Assembly: GCA_963666565.1 (NCBI GenBank)
Contig: OY762911.1
Coordinates: forward strand, 2,976,001-3,040,000
Source of the DNA: Thermoanaerobaculia bacterium
Lineage (GTDB): Bacteria; Acidobacteriota; Thermoanaerobaculia; Multivoradales; Multivoraceae
DNA: 64,000 bases
Direction: 5' to 3'
Under the pieces are notes generated by a model. It worked only from the letters and a program-made list of their open reading frames with translations. It did no database searches and was not told where the DNA came from. Of this stretch, positions 1 to 9,535 are shown piece by piece; the first letter of the stretch is position 1; each line of letters opens with the position of its first letter. Position numbers and translations under genes: made by a program.

Positions 1-1459
1 CCTGCACCGCGTTCATGCCGAAGCCGCGGGCCAGGTCGAGCCACTCGACCCGCGGGCTGCCCAACTCGGTCAGGTTCAGGCTCTGCGGCCCGAACTCCTC
101 GACCCCGGCTCGCTGCAGCTCGACCTGGAGGATGCGGTACGCGTCGTTCGCGAACACCAGGTTGACGACGTCGACGCCCTCCCGGACCTGGCTCCACAGC
201 GCCTGGATCGTGTAGAGGCCGCTGCCGTCGCCCTCCAGATTCAGGACCTTGCGGTCCGGACAGGCGATCGCGGCGCCGAGCGATGCCGGCAGGCCCATGC
301 CGATCGCCCCGCCGTTCTCCTGGAGATAGGTGTGGGCCGGCGCGTTCATCGTGGCGGGGTAGAAGCCGGCGCCGGCGGTGATCCCCTCGTCCATCACGAT
401 CGCCCGCTCCGGCAGGGTGGCGGCGATCGCCTGGGCGGCGGCGCGGACGCCGATCGGCCCGGTGGGCGCGGGCGGTCTCTCGACGCTCCGGGCCGGCGGT
501 TCGTCCCCGGCGTCGAGGGCGACGGCCAGGTCGCGGACGGCGTGCCCGCTGTCCTCCGTCGGGTGGCTCAGGACGACGACGTCGACGGATTCCGGGATCA
601 GCCGGCTGACGCCGCCCTCGTAGCCGAAGAAGGCGACCGGGTCGAGCGCGCCGGCCAGGACGACCGTATCGACGCCGCGGAAGAACTCCACCGCCTGTTC
701 GGGAAAGTAGGGCACTCGCGGAAGCGGCGGCAGATGGTGACCGCGTTCCATGCGTCCGCAGAACGTCTCGGCGGCGAGCCGGCAACCGGTCTTCGCCTCC
801 ACCCTGGCCGCCTCGCGCTGGGCGGCCTCGGTCAGGCCGGAGCTGCCGAGCAGCAGCATCGTTCGCTCGCCTTTCGACGTGGCGGTGCGGGCGCGCTCGA
901 CCGCCTCCGGACCGGCCAGGGCCGCCGGCGGCGGAGTCGGCTCGACGATCGGGCCGTACGCCTCGTTCCACTGGCAGTCGGTCGGCACGATCAGCGTGGC
1001 GATCTGCCCGGGATGGTGCCGGGCGGCCGAGATGGCGTCCGCCATGTCGCGGGAGATGTGCTCGGCGGAAGCAGCGGTTCGTTGCCAGTCCGACACCGCC
1101 CGCGCCAGGCTCTCGACTTCCGTGTTGAGCGGCGGGTCGTAGTTCCGGTGCCAGGTCGGATGGTGGCCGATCACGTTGACGAGGGGAGTCCGTCCGCGGC
1201 GGGCGTTGTGCAGGTTGGCGATGCCGTTGGCGAAGCCCGGTCCGAGGTGGACCAGGGTAAGCGCCGGCTTGCCGGCCATCCGCCCGTAGCCGTCGGCGGC
1301 GCCGGTGGCCACGCCCTCGAACTGCGCGAGGACGCCGCGGACGCCGGGAATCTCGTCGAGTGCCGCGACGAGGTGGATCTCGGAGGTGCCGGGATTGGCG
1401 AAACAGACCTCGACGCCGGCGTTGGCGGCGGTCCGGAGCATGGCTTGGGCGCCGTTCAT
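1..1459 (-). CDS. Thiamine-pyrophosphate-dependent enzyme, acetolactate synthase large-subunit-like (3' end runs off the window)
   Basis: Absent from the ORF track because it has no stop in the window. Manual translation from ATG 1459 gives MNGAQAMLRTAANAGVEVCFANPGTSEIHLVAALD...FEGVATGAADGYGRM...HLGPGFANGIANLHNARRA, with the TPP motif LNLEGDGSGLYTIQALWSQ near nt 200-250. ATGA overlap with the Lrp stop. Confidence 0.88.
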   Translation of the reverse strand, partial: MNGAQAMLRTAANAGVEVCFANPGTSEIHLVAALDEIPGVRGVLAQFEGVATGAADGYGRMAGKPALTLVHLGPGFANGIANLHNARRGRTPLVNVIGHHPTWHRNYDPPLNTEVESLARAVSDWQRTAASAEHISRDMADAISAARHHPGQIATLIVPTDCQWNEAYGPIVEPTPPPAALAGPEAVERARTATSKGERTMLLLGSSGLTEAAQREAARVEAKTGCRLAAETFCGRMERGHHLPPLPRVPYFPEQAVEFFRGVDTVVLAGALDPVAFFGYEGGVSRLIPESVDVVVLSHPTEDSGHAVRDLAVALDAGDEPPARSVERPPAPTGPIGVRAAAQAIAATLPERAIVMDEGITAGAGFYPATMNAPAHTYLQENGGAIGMGLPASLGAAIACPDRKVLNLEGDGSGLYTIQALWSQVREGVDVVNLVFANDAYRILQVELQRAGVEEFGPQSLNLTELGSPRVEWLDLARGFGMNAVQ

Positions 1460-2022
1460 CGGGGCGGGAGGGTAGCAGGGGTTTCGTCGTTTTCGTCCCC
1501 GTAGGAGACGGCGAGGGGGAGGACGGTGGTCACCTTCACTTCGTTCAGCACGATGCTGGTGAGCACGCGATCCAGGCCCGGTATCGCCGCGAGCCGGTCG
1601 GCGAGGATGTGCTCCAGGTGGCGGTGGTTTCGGGCCACGACCTTGAGCAGGTAGTCGTGCGCGCCGGTCGTGAAGTGGCACTCGAGGACCTCCGGGATGG
1701 CACGGACCGCCTCCCGCAGGCTCTGCGACGTGCCCGGTTCGTGGTGGGTCAGGGCGACCTGGACGAAGCAGAGCAGCCCGAGATCGACCGCGTGACGGTC
1801 GAGCAGCGTGACGCGCCTCTCGATCACGCCGCGCAGCTTCAGCTTCTTCAGGCGCTTTTTCAGGCCCGAGCCGGAGAGCCCCACCCGGCGGGCCAGGTCG
1901 GCGTTGGTCCGCGAGCCGTCTTCCTGCAGAAGTTCGAGGATCGTGTAGTCGAGGTCGTCGAAGGGGCGCGCGTCGGAGAACGGTCTCTGCGGTGTCCTGC
2001 CTGCCTTGCTGCTTTCGTTCAT
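1456..2022 (-). CDS. Lrp/AsnC-family transcriptional regulator (paralog 1)
   Basis: HTH DDLDYTILELLQEDGSRTNADLARRVGLS and RAM domain PEVLECHFTTGAHDYLLKVV...TSIVLNEVK. Divergent from the aminotransferase operon. Confidence 0.93.
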   Translation of the reverse strand: MNESSKAGRTPQRPFSDARPFDDLDYTILELLQEDGSRTNADLARRVGLSGSGLKKRLKKLKLRGVIERRVTLLDRHAVDLGLLCFVQVALTHHEPGTSQSLREAVRAIPEVLECHFTTGAHDYLLKVVARNHRHLEHILADRLAAIPGLDRVLTSIVLNEVKVTTVLPLAVSYGDENDETPATLPPR

Positions 2023-2041
2023 GGGGGACGACTATACACCA

Positions 2042-2104
2042 TGGAACGGCGACTGGGATCATGAATCCAACTTGTTCTACCGGATTCGTTCTGTTATCGT
2101 TCCA
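2042..2104. promoter_or_regulatory. AT-richer divergent control region with nested inverted repeats; candidate Lrp operator
   Basis: TGGAACG (2042-48)/CGTTCCA (2098-2104) and GAATCC (2063-68)/GGATTC (2082-87) lie between the divergent starts. Confidence 0.35.
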
Positions 2105-2108
2105 ACCG

Positions 2109-3353
2109 ATGACTATGAGTGCAGTACGTGATACCGCTGGCCCGGTGCAGGCAGACGCTCTCCCACGTTCCGCCGGGACCCCGCTGGCCTCCCTGATCGC
2201 CCCGTGGCTGCGGGGCCGCGAGCGCTCGCTGCTGCGCCGGCTGGTGAACCAGGTGGGGCGGCCGGGCGTCGTGTCGCTGGCGGGCGGCCTGCCGGCTGTC
2301 GAACTGTTCCCCGCCGACGCCTACGCGGACGCGTTGCGGGGGCTCCTGGCCGATCCGCGCTCGCTCCAGTACGGAGCGCCGAGCGAGGATCTGGCCGGGC
2401 GCGTCGCGGAGTTGATGAAGCGCCGGGGCGTGCCCTGCCGGCCCGAGGAGATCCTGATCGCCAGCGGCGCCCAGCAGGCTCTCGACGTCGCGGTGCGGGC
2501 GTTCCTCTCCCCCGGCGACGCCGTCGCGGTCGAGCGCTTCATCTACACCGGCATCCGGGAGGCGCTGGCGCCGTTCCGCCCTAGGCTGATCGGTCTGCCG
2601 AGTTGCCTGGATCGCGGCCTGGACGTCGACGCCCTGGAACGGCGCCTGCGCGCGGGAGAGCGGCCGCGGCTGCTCTACACGATTCCGGACGCGCACAACC
2701 CGCTCGGAGTCAGTCTGACGCCTGAGGACCGCCGGCGGCTGCTTGCCCTGGCCCACGACTACGACTTCGTCATCCTGGAGGACGATCCCTACGGCCTGCT
2801 GTGCTGCGACGGGGAGTTCGAGCCGCCGCTGGCCGCGCTCGACGACCAGCGCGTGATCTACGCCGGCAGCTTCTCGAAGGTGCTGGCGCCGGGCCTGCGG
2901 CTGGGCTGGATGCGGCGGCCGCCCGCGCTGGCCGACGAATTCGCGGCGGTGAAGGAAGCCGGGGACCTGGAGTGCTCGCGGCTGACGATGCTCGCCGTCG
3001 ACCGGCTGCTCTCGGAGCTCGACTTCGAGGCGCACCTCGGGCGGCTGCGTTCGACCTACCGTCGCCGACGGGACGCCATGCTGGAGGCCCTTGCGCTCCA
3101 CCTCCCTGCCGGCTGCGCCTTCTCCGAACCGGCGGGCGGCATGTTCGTCTGGGTGGAGCTGCCGGAAGGAACCGACGGCCTGAAGCTGTTGGAACGGACG
3201 ATGGCGGAGCACGGGCTCGCCTTCGTGCCGGCCGCCGCCTTCGCCGACCGCAGCGACCGCGAGGCGCCGCGGAACGCCGCCCGCCTCAGCTTCTCGACCC
3301 TCGAGCCGGAAGCTCTGCACGAGGCGGTGGCGAACTTCGCCGCCTGCATCTGA
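2109..3353 (+). CDS. PLP-dependent class I aminotransferase (LysN/Aro8-like), probably acting on aromatic amino acids
   Basis: Motifs VVSLAGGLP, SGAQQALD, YTIPDAHNPLG, ILEDDPYG and the PLP lysine in GSFSKVLAPGLRLGW. Start at ATG 2109 or 2115. Confidence 0.9.
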   Translation: MTMSAVRDTAGPVQADALPRSAGTPLASLIAPWLRGRERSLLRRLVNQVGRPGVVSLAGGLPAVELFPADAYADALRGLLADPRSLQYGAPSEDLAGRVAELMKRRGVPCRPEEILIASGAQQALDVAVRAFLSPGDAVAVERFIYTGIREALAPFRPRLIGLPSCLDRGLDVDALERRLRAGERPRLLYTIPDAHNPLGVSLTPEDRRRLLALAHDYDFVILEDDPYGLLCCDGEFEPPLAALDDQRVIYAGSFSKVLAPGLRLGWMRRPPALADEFAAVKEAGDLECSRLTMLAVDRLLSELDFEAHLGRLRSTYRRRRDAMLEALALHLPAGCAFSEPAGGMFVWVELPEGTDGLKLLERTMAEHGLAFVPAAAFADRSDREAPRNAARLSFSTLEPEALHEAVANFAACI

Positions 3354-3439
3354 CGCAGCGAGGCGCCGGGCGCCGAGCCCGACGAACGAACGAAGAAGCC
3401 GTTTCCGAAGAAACGACCGAAACCGAAGAGGAGAACGAC

Positions 3440-4663
3440 ATGAACAGCATCGCCACACAGCTCATGCACGCCGAGCCGGCCGCGCTCCCCCTCGGCGCCG
3501 CGCCCGATTCCGCGGTCCCGCCCGCGAGCGGTTCCGAAACCGAGCCGCGCCGCGCCGCCGCGGCGGAGGACGACTTTCCGATTCTCGGCTTCGACCACCT
3601 GGAGCTCTACGTCGGCAACGCGAAGCAGTCGGCCGCCTGGTACTGCCACGCCTTCGGCTTCGAGTGCGCCGGCGTACGCGGCCTCGAGACCGGTGAACGC
3701 GAGCGCGCCTCGTACCTCGTCGAACAGGGCGATATCCGGCTGGTGCTGACGAGCGGCCTCCATTCCGGCCACGACGCCGCCCGTTCCGTCCGCCGGCACG
3801 GCGATTCGGTGGCGGTCATCGCGCTCTCCGTGCCGAGCGCCGACGAGGCGTTCGCCGCCGCCGTTTCCCGCGGCGCCGAGGCCGCGGTGCCGCCGGCGAC
3901 CGCCAGCGACGAGCACGGCGAACTGCGGCACGCGGCCATTCGCCTCTACGGCGACTGCGTGCTCCAGTTCATGGAGCGGCGCGACTACGCGGGCGTCTTC
4001 GGCCCGGGCTTCGAGCGCGTGGCGGAAGTCCCGGGCGCCGCGAAGCCCGAAAGCTGCGGCCTGCTCGCCATCGACCACGTCGTGGCCAACGTCGAGCTCG
4101 GCCGGATGAACGAGTGGGCGCGGTTCTTCTCCCGCGTCCTCGGCTTCAGCCAGCTCGTCCACTTCGACGACGAGGCGATCTCCACCGAGTACTCGGCGCT
4201 CATGTCGAAGGTGATGCAGGACGGTTCGGGCGCGATCAAGTTCCCGATCAACGAGCCGGCCGAGGGCCGCAAGAAGTCCCAGATCGAGGAGTTCCTCGAC
4301 TTCCACGAGGGGCCGGGAGTGCAGCACATCGCCTGCCGGACGGACGACATCGTGGCCACCGTGTCGCGGCTGCGCGAGCGCGGGATCGAGTTCCTGCACG
4401 TGCCGCGGGCCTACTACGACGACCTGGAGGAGCGGGTCGGCAGGATCGACGAACCGATCGGCCGCCTGGCCGAGCTCGGCATCCTCGCCGACCGCGACGA
4501 GGACGGCTACCTGCTCCAGATCTTCACCAAGCCGGTGGAGGACCGGCCGACGCTGTTCTACGAGATCATCGAGCGGCACGGGGCGCGCGGCTTCGGCGAG
4601 GGCAACTTCAAGAGCCTGTTCGTGGCGCTGGAACGCGAGCAGGCGGCCAGGGGGAACCTGTGA
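3440..4663 (+). CDS. hppD: 4-hydroxyphenylpyruvate dioxygenase
   Basis: GAGGAG RBS before ATG 3440. Motifs IDHVVANV, IKFPINEP, SQIEEFL..H.GPGVQHIA and LLQIFTKP...FYEIIER..ARGFGEGNFKSLF. Confidence 0.96.
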   Translation: MNSIATQLMHAEPAALPLGAAPDSAVPPASGSETEPRRAAAAEDDFPILGFDHLELYVGNAKQSAAWYCHAFGFECAGVRGLETGERERASYLVEQGDIRLVLTSGLHSGHDAARSVRRHGDSVAVIALSVPSADEAFAAAVSRGAEAAVPPATASDEHGELRHAAIRLYGDCVLQFMERRDYAGVFGPGFERVAEVPGAAKPESCGLLAIDHVVANVELGRMNEWARFFSRVLGFSQLVHFDDEAISTEYSALMSKVMQDGSGAIKFPINEPAEGRKKSQIEEFLDFHEGPGVQHIACRTDDIVATVSRLRERGIEFLHVPRAYYDDLEERVGRIDEPIGRLAELGILADRDEDGYLLQIFTKPVEDRPTLFYEIIERHGARGFGEGNFKSLFVALEREQAARGNL

Positions 4664-5589
4664 GCCTCGGCGTCCTCGCGGTCGAGGGCCCGCCGGGCGG
4701 CCCGATCGCCGGCGGGGATCTGACGACCGGCCGCGCCGGCTTCATCGAGCGCGCCCAGTCGCGGGGCGATCTCTTCGTCGAGCAGCCCTACGAGCTCTAC
4801 AGCGAGGCGAATCAGGAGACCTGGCGACGCCTCTACGGCGCTCTGCGCGGGCGCTGGCCGCGCTGCGCCCATCCGCGCTTCCTCGAAGGCGTCGAGCGAC
4901 TGGCCCTGGCGCCGGACCGCATCCCCAGGCTGAGCGAGATCAACCGCTTCCTCGAACCGCTGAGCGGCTTCAAGGCGCGGGCCGTGAGCGGCTACGTGCC
5001 GGCCTGCCTGTTCTTCGACTGCCTGCGCCGGCGCGAGTTCCCGACCACGATCACGGTGCGCGACGGCGCCCGGCTCGACTACCTGCCCGAACCCGACATC
5101 TTCCACGACCTGGCGGGCCACGTGCCGATGCACACGGACCCGGCGTTCGCCGGCGTACTCGTCCGCTTCGGCGAAGCGGCGAGAGCGGCGGCCTCCCGCG
5201 CCGGCGACGGCGACTGCCGCCGCGCGATGAGCGCCGTCCGGGCGCTGGCGCGCTTCTTCTGGTTCACGATCGAGTTTGGTCTCATGCGCCGTCCCGGCGG
5301 AGAGGGCTTGTGCGTCTACGGCAGCGGCCTGCTGAGCTCGGCGGGGGAGATCGAGCACGCCCTGGAGTCCCCGGACGTGCAGCGGGTCCCGTTCCGGCTC
5401 GAGTGGGTGGTCAACCAGAGCTTCGAGATCGACTCCCTCCAGCCGCTGCTCTTCGTGGCCGACGGCTTCGACCAGCTTGGCCAGGAGGTGCGCCGCCTGG
5501 AGCGCTGGCTGCGGGCGGGCCGCCTGGACAACGTGGCGCCGGGCGAGCCGGCGGTCAGCCGGGAGGACCTGGGCCGCGGCGCCGGATGA
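4660..5589 (+). CDS. phhA: Phenylalanine 4-monooxygenase (aromatic amino acid hydroxylase)
   Basis: GTGA overlap with the hppD stop. Iron-ligand motifs PEPDIFHDLAGHVP and FWFTIEFGL, plus YGSGLLSSAGE. Confidence 0.93.
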   Translation: MSLGVLAVEGPPGGPIAGGDLTTGRAGFIERAQSRGDLFVEQPYELYSEANQETWRRLYGALRGRWPRCAHPRFLEGVERLALAPDRIPRLSEINRFLEPLSGFKARAVSGYVPACLFFDCLRRREFPTTITVRDGARLDYLPEPDIFHDLAGHVPMHTDPAFAGVLVRFGEAARAAASRAGDGDCRRAMSAVRALARFFWFTIEFGLMRRPGGEGLCVYGSGLLSSAGEIEHALESPDVQRVPFRLEWVVNQSFEIDSLQPLLFVADGFDQLGQEVRRLERWLRAGRLDNVAPGEPAVSREDLGRGAG

Positions 5590-5919
5590 GGCGCTTGCCT
5601 CGGCACTGCTGGCCACGCCAGTCGTTCTCACGGCACGCACGCGCACCCTGGCGGAGTACAGGTCGCCATCCGCGGGGCAGTACGCCTCGGAGGGACGAAC
5701 GACGAGATGTACATAGCCGTCGCCGTCCGGTCGGGCGAAGTCGGTCAGGTCGATACCCGCGGTTGCGAGCGACGCTTGCGGTCCGGCGCCCACCAGAGTG
5801 GCCTCCCATTCCGCGAGCAGAGATCTGGCGCCTTCGATGCCGGGCCAGCCGAACGTCGGCGGATAGGTCGCCGGATCGCCATGGACGACGCTGCCCGTCC
5901 CGTTCAGCCAGAGCGACAC
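5590..5919 (-). pseudogene. Possible orphan coding fragment of about 110 codons
   Basis: The minus frame (VSLWLNGTGSVVHGDPATYPPTFGWPG...DGDGYVHLVVRP) has coding-like GC3 bias. It has no RBS and no stop before running antisense into phhA. Confidence 0.35.
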
Positions 5920-6093
5920 GGCTATTCGCGATATGCCCGAGGCTCGCCGGAGCGGCGCGGCACGGCGCCCCCGGAAGCGCCGAAGTCTCCGGAGAGTGTC
6001 CGTCGGCGTAGGCGGTGGCAGGGGCGGCGGGGTACGCGGCGCCGGTGCCCGGCCGGAAGCCGCCCCGAGAGGGAGCGGCGGGTGCGAAGGGCT

Positions 6094-6699
6094 TCAGGAG
6101 GCCTGCGCGGCGTCCCTCGGCGGAGCTTTCAACGGCAGCGCGGTGGTGTGCTTGACCTCGTTCAGGACCATGCTGGTCAGCAACCTGTCCACTCCCGGCG
6201 CGGAGGTGAGATGCTTGGCCAGGATGCGTTCCAGGTCGGCATGGTCGCGGGCCACGATCTTCAGCAGGTAGTCGTACTCGCCGGTCAGGGAATGGCATTC
6301 CATGACCTCCGGAATGTTCTTGACCGCCTTCCGGAAGGGCTGTGCCGTGCCCAGGTCGGGATGGGTCAGGGCGACCTGGACGAAGCACAGCAGCCTGAGG
6401 CCGACCGCGTGGCGGTCCACGAGCGCGACGCGGCTCTGGAGGACGCCGTGCTGGCTCAGTCTTTTCAGTCGCTTCTTCAGGCCGGAGGCGGAGAGTCCGA
6501 CTCGGCGGGCGACCTCGGCGTCGCTGCGGTTCGAATCCGCCTGCAGGAGGTTGAGGATGGCGTGGTCGATTTCGTCGAGGGGGCGGGGCGTGGAGCGGCG
6601 CCGCTGCGGCGTCGCCCTGGGACGACTGCTTTCGGGTACCGGAGATGGTCGCGCGTTGTCAGGCACTAGGGTGAGGGATTGTCGTCTCGGCTCTGTCAT
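6094..6699 (-). CDS. Lrp/AsnC-family transcriptional regulator (paralog 2)
   Basis: LDEIDHAILNLLQADSNRSDAEVARRVGLS...PEVMECHSLTGEYDYLLKIV...TSMVLNEVK. Clearly paralogous to 1456..2022. Confidence 0.93.
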   Translation of the reverse strand: MTEPRRQSLTLVPDNARPSPVPESSRPRATPQRRRSTPRPLDEIDHAILNLLQADSNRSDAEVARRVGLSASGLKKRLKRLSQHGVLQSRVALVDRHAVGLRLLCFVQVALTHPDLGTAQPFRKAVKNIPEVMECHSLTGEYDYLLKIVARDHADLERILAKHLTSAPGVDRLLTSMVLNEVKHTTALPLKAPPRDAAQAS

Positions 6700-6754
6700 T
6701 CCAGGAGCGGGAACGGATCACAACGGACTCGAAAACGGCCCGAACTGGACACTG

Positions 6755-6783
6755 TGTATACGACAGGCGAGAGGTAGTGTCAA
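6755..6783 (-). promoter_or_regulatory. Sigma70-type promoter for Lrp paralog 2
   Basis: Minus strand TTGACA (6778-83), 17 nt spacer, TATACA (6755-60). An inverted repeat CGACAGG (6761-67)/CCTGTCG (6793-99) straddles the -35. Confidence 0.65.
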
Positions 6784-6943
6784 CGTCCGAAACCTGTCGG
6801 ATCGAGACGGCTCGGTCGGACCGGATTTCGGCTGCTACTCCTGGAAGAGTCGATTCGATGCCAAGCACTCTGGAAGTGCCGGGTTTCGTTCCGAACGGCG
6901 CCGCCGGGATCGCGGATTCGGTTACGATTCCTCACCCTTTCCG

Positions 6944-8860
6944 TCAATGCTGGACGCGGGGCGAGACGTTCGCTGCGCAGCGTCCGCCGAAGGCGCCGGT
7001 GTCCGTGATTGCAGGCGCCGGCGTGCCGGCCTCCTTGACGTACGTCTTCGACTCGCCGTTCTCGGTGTCCCGGACGGTCAGCTCCATGCCGAGCGTCGTC
7101 GCCGAGGCCGCGTACACCCAGTGGTGGCCGTTGTAGCCGCAGCCGTCCAGCACCTTGACGAGGACCTCCCAGTTGTCGTCGTCGAAGAAGCAGAACAGGC
7201 CCGAGTCGTCCGTCCGCGGGCGGATCGTCCGGGCCGGACCCCCTTCGCCGGCGCCGGTTCCGTCCGCGGCGCCCGGCGACCAGGCCAACGAGACCTCGTA
7301 GCGGCCGTTCAGCAGGCAGAGCGTCGTGTCCGTCTCCGTGCAGCCGCCGCCGTCCCGCGTGGCCGGCGTCTCGTTCGTGGCGGCGGAGGCGGCGCCCGCC
7401 GGACCGGCGTGGGCCGGGCCGCCGGCCGCCAGCGCGGTCCTGGCCGTGAGCCAGGGCGTGGGAGCGAACCGCCGCGCGGCCGCGACCGACGAGGCCGCGG
7501 AGTCCGGGCACGCCGCGAACGCGTCGCCGTCCGTGATCGCCGGCGAGGGCATCGCCGGTTCGTTCCGGTACTCCCGGAGGACGCCCGTCGCCGTGTCCCG
7601 GACGCGCAGGGCGTAGCCGAGGTCGGTGGCGGACGCGGCGTACACCCAGTGGCGATCGTTGAGGGCGCAGCCGTCGAGGACCTTGACCAGCATCTCCCAG
7701 TTGTCTTCGTCGAAGAACCGGAACAGGCCGGAGTCGTTCGTGCCCTCGCGGACGACGTTCGCGTCGCCGCTCCGGCCGTCGGCCGTCCACCAGCCGAGGG
7801 AGAGCGCGTAGCGCGAGTCCCGAAGGCACAGCGTGGTGGCCGCGGCTTGGCAAGTTCCCGCGGGCCGCGAAGCCTCGACGAGGAACTTCAGCGAGGCCGT
7901 GCTCTCCCGCTTGCCGTCGAGCGACACGGTGAGGGACACGTCGTGGAAGCCCGGCGACTCGAACGCGTGGTCGACGGTGGAGCTTCGCGACGTGGAGGCG
8001 CCGTGGAAGTTCCAGAGGCGGTGCCGAACGGTGCCGGTGCTCACGTCGAGGAATCGGAGGGGCGTGCCGGTCGTGGCCCGGCAGAGACCGTCCTCGCAGG
8101 GGACGTCGACCCCGATGGCCGCCGTCGGGTGCCTGTCCGGCGCCTGCTCGGAATCGGTGGTGAACGTCGCGTCGCCGGTTTCGGCGCTGTCGCCGCAGCC
8201 GGGGACGGTCCAGACCCTGTAGGTGTACTCGCTGGCCGGTCGCAGACCGGTCAGCTTCGCGGTCGTCGTGCCCGCCGGCACCTCGATGCAGGCCGCGCCC
8301 GGCTGGCTGCCGCGGTACCACCAGGGACCCGCGAAGTCGACGACCGAGAGGATGGCCGAAGTCGCGGTGATGTCCGAGACTTCCAGGTTCGCGACGGCGG
8401 TTTCTCCGGGCGGGTTCCCGGGTGGCCGGAGCAGGGTCGTGAACTCGGCGGGGCTGCCGAGGCCACTGGTGCAAAGGCTGTCGCTGAAGGCCCCGAAGCG
8501 GTAGTCGACGCCGGGGGTCAGACCGGTCACTTTCGCGGTCGCCCCGCTCACCGGTCCCGTGCATCCGGCGACGCTCGAGGTGCCGCCCACTACCTGTCCC
8601 CAGTACCAGTCCCCAACGTAGCCGTCGCGGGAGAGCGTCAGCGTTGCGGAGTCGTTGGTGACGTTGCCGGCGGCGAGGCTCTGGGCCGCGACGGGGGCAG
8701 AGGGCGCGAGGAGAGCCAGCAGCAGGGTGGCCGCGACGGCGAGCCGCGGGTGGGGATGTCGAGGCGGCGCGCTTCCGTTCCGGACACGGTCGCGGAAAGG
8801 ACTGGAGGGCGCCGCGCTCGGGACGCGGCGTGTACGGGACGCGATACGCATTGTCAACAT
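6944..8860 (-). CDS. Secreted Fn3-like x2 + PKD-like + duplicated Cys-containing module protein (array member C, 638 aa)
   Basis: GGAG RBS and signal peptide ending ..VAA|QS. Fn3-like W.Y..C...L.GL.P...Y repeats, PKD-like RHRLWNFHG...HAFESPGFHDVSLTV, and two copies of C.....LCL...RY...DSGLF.FFD.DNWE.LVKVLDGC..N.HHWVYAASAT. Confidence 0.85.
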   Translation of the reverse strand: MLTMRIASRTRRVPSAAPSSPFRDRVRNGSAPPRHPHPRLAVAATLLLALLAPSAPVAAQSLAAGNVTNDSATLTLSRDGYVGDWYWGQVVGGTSSVAGCTGPVSGATAKVTGLTPGVDYRFGAFSDSLCTSGLGSPAEFTTLLRPPGNPPGETAVANLEVSDITATSAILSVVDFAGPWWYRGSQPGAACIEVPAGTTTAKLTGLRPASEYTYRVWTVPGCGDSAETGDATFTTDSEQAPDRHPTAAIGVDVPCEDGLCRATTGTPLRFLDVSTGTVRHRLWNFHGASTSRSSTVDHAFESPGFHDVSLTVSLDGKRESTASLKFLVEASRPAGTCQAAATTLCLRDSRYALSLGWWTADGRSGDANVVREGTNDSGLFRFFDEDNWEMLVKVLDGCALNDRHWVYAASATDLGYALRVRDTATGVLREYRNEPAMPSPAITDGDAFAACPDSAASSVAAARRFAPTPWLTARTALAAGGPAHAGPAGAASAATNETPATRDGGGCTETDTTLCLLNGRYEVSLAWSPGAADGTGAGEGGPARTIRPRTDDSGLFCFFDDDNWEVLVKVLDGCGYNGHHWVYAASATTLGMELTVRDTENGESKTYVKEAGTPAPAITDTGAFGGRCAANVSPRVQH

Positions 8861-8892
8861 ACGGAACTCCGTGAACCCTGCGAGGAGGCTGC

Positions 8893-9535
8893 CCGCGTCA
8901 ACGATCAGCCGCGAGCGCGGTTTCCGTCGCGCAGCGTCCGCCGAACGCCCCGGCGTCCACGATCGCCGGCGCGGGCTCGCCAGCCTCCTTGAACCAGGTC
9001 TTCGATTCGCCGTTCTCCGCGTCGCGGACGGTCAGCTCCAGGCCGACCGTCGTCGCCGAAGCCGCGTACACCCAGTGGTGGCCGTTGTACGCGCAGCCGT
9101 CGAGCACCTTGACCAGCATCTCCCAGTTGTCGCCGGTGAAGAACCAGAACAGGCCCGAGTCGTCGGTCCGCGCCCGGACCGTCCGGCCCGGCCCCCCTTC
9201 GGCGGGTTGGCTTCCGTTCGCGGCGCCCCGCGACCAGGCGACGGACACTTCGTAGCGGCCGTTCAGCAGGCAGAGCGTCGTCGCCGTCTCCGTGCAGCCG
9301 CCGTCCTCCGTCGCCGGCGCGGCGTGGCCCGGATTCGCGCCGGGCGAGTCGCCGGCGGCCGGCGTCGCGGGGGCCGCCGCGGACGAGGGCGGAAGAGCGG
9401 CGGCCCACGCTTCCGCGAGCGACGAGGCCGCCGAAGGCTCGCACGCCGCCGCGAAGGCGTCGCCGTCGGCGACGGCCGGCGAGGGCATGCCCGGCTCGTT
9501 GCGATACTCCTTGACGACGTCCGTCACGGTGTCCC
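8893..9535. repeat. 643-bp direct repeat, copy 1 (partner 11803..12445)
   Basis: Line-by-line comparison shows only 2 mismatches (8914/11824 and 9504/12414). Offset is 2910 bp. Confidence 0.92.

Noticed and set aside
3440-4663. Hydroxymandelate synthase rather than HppD
   Set aside because: It has the HPPD-type FPINEP and LFYEII residues, it neighbours phhA, and there is no NRPS context.
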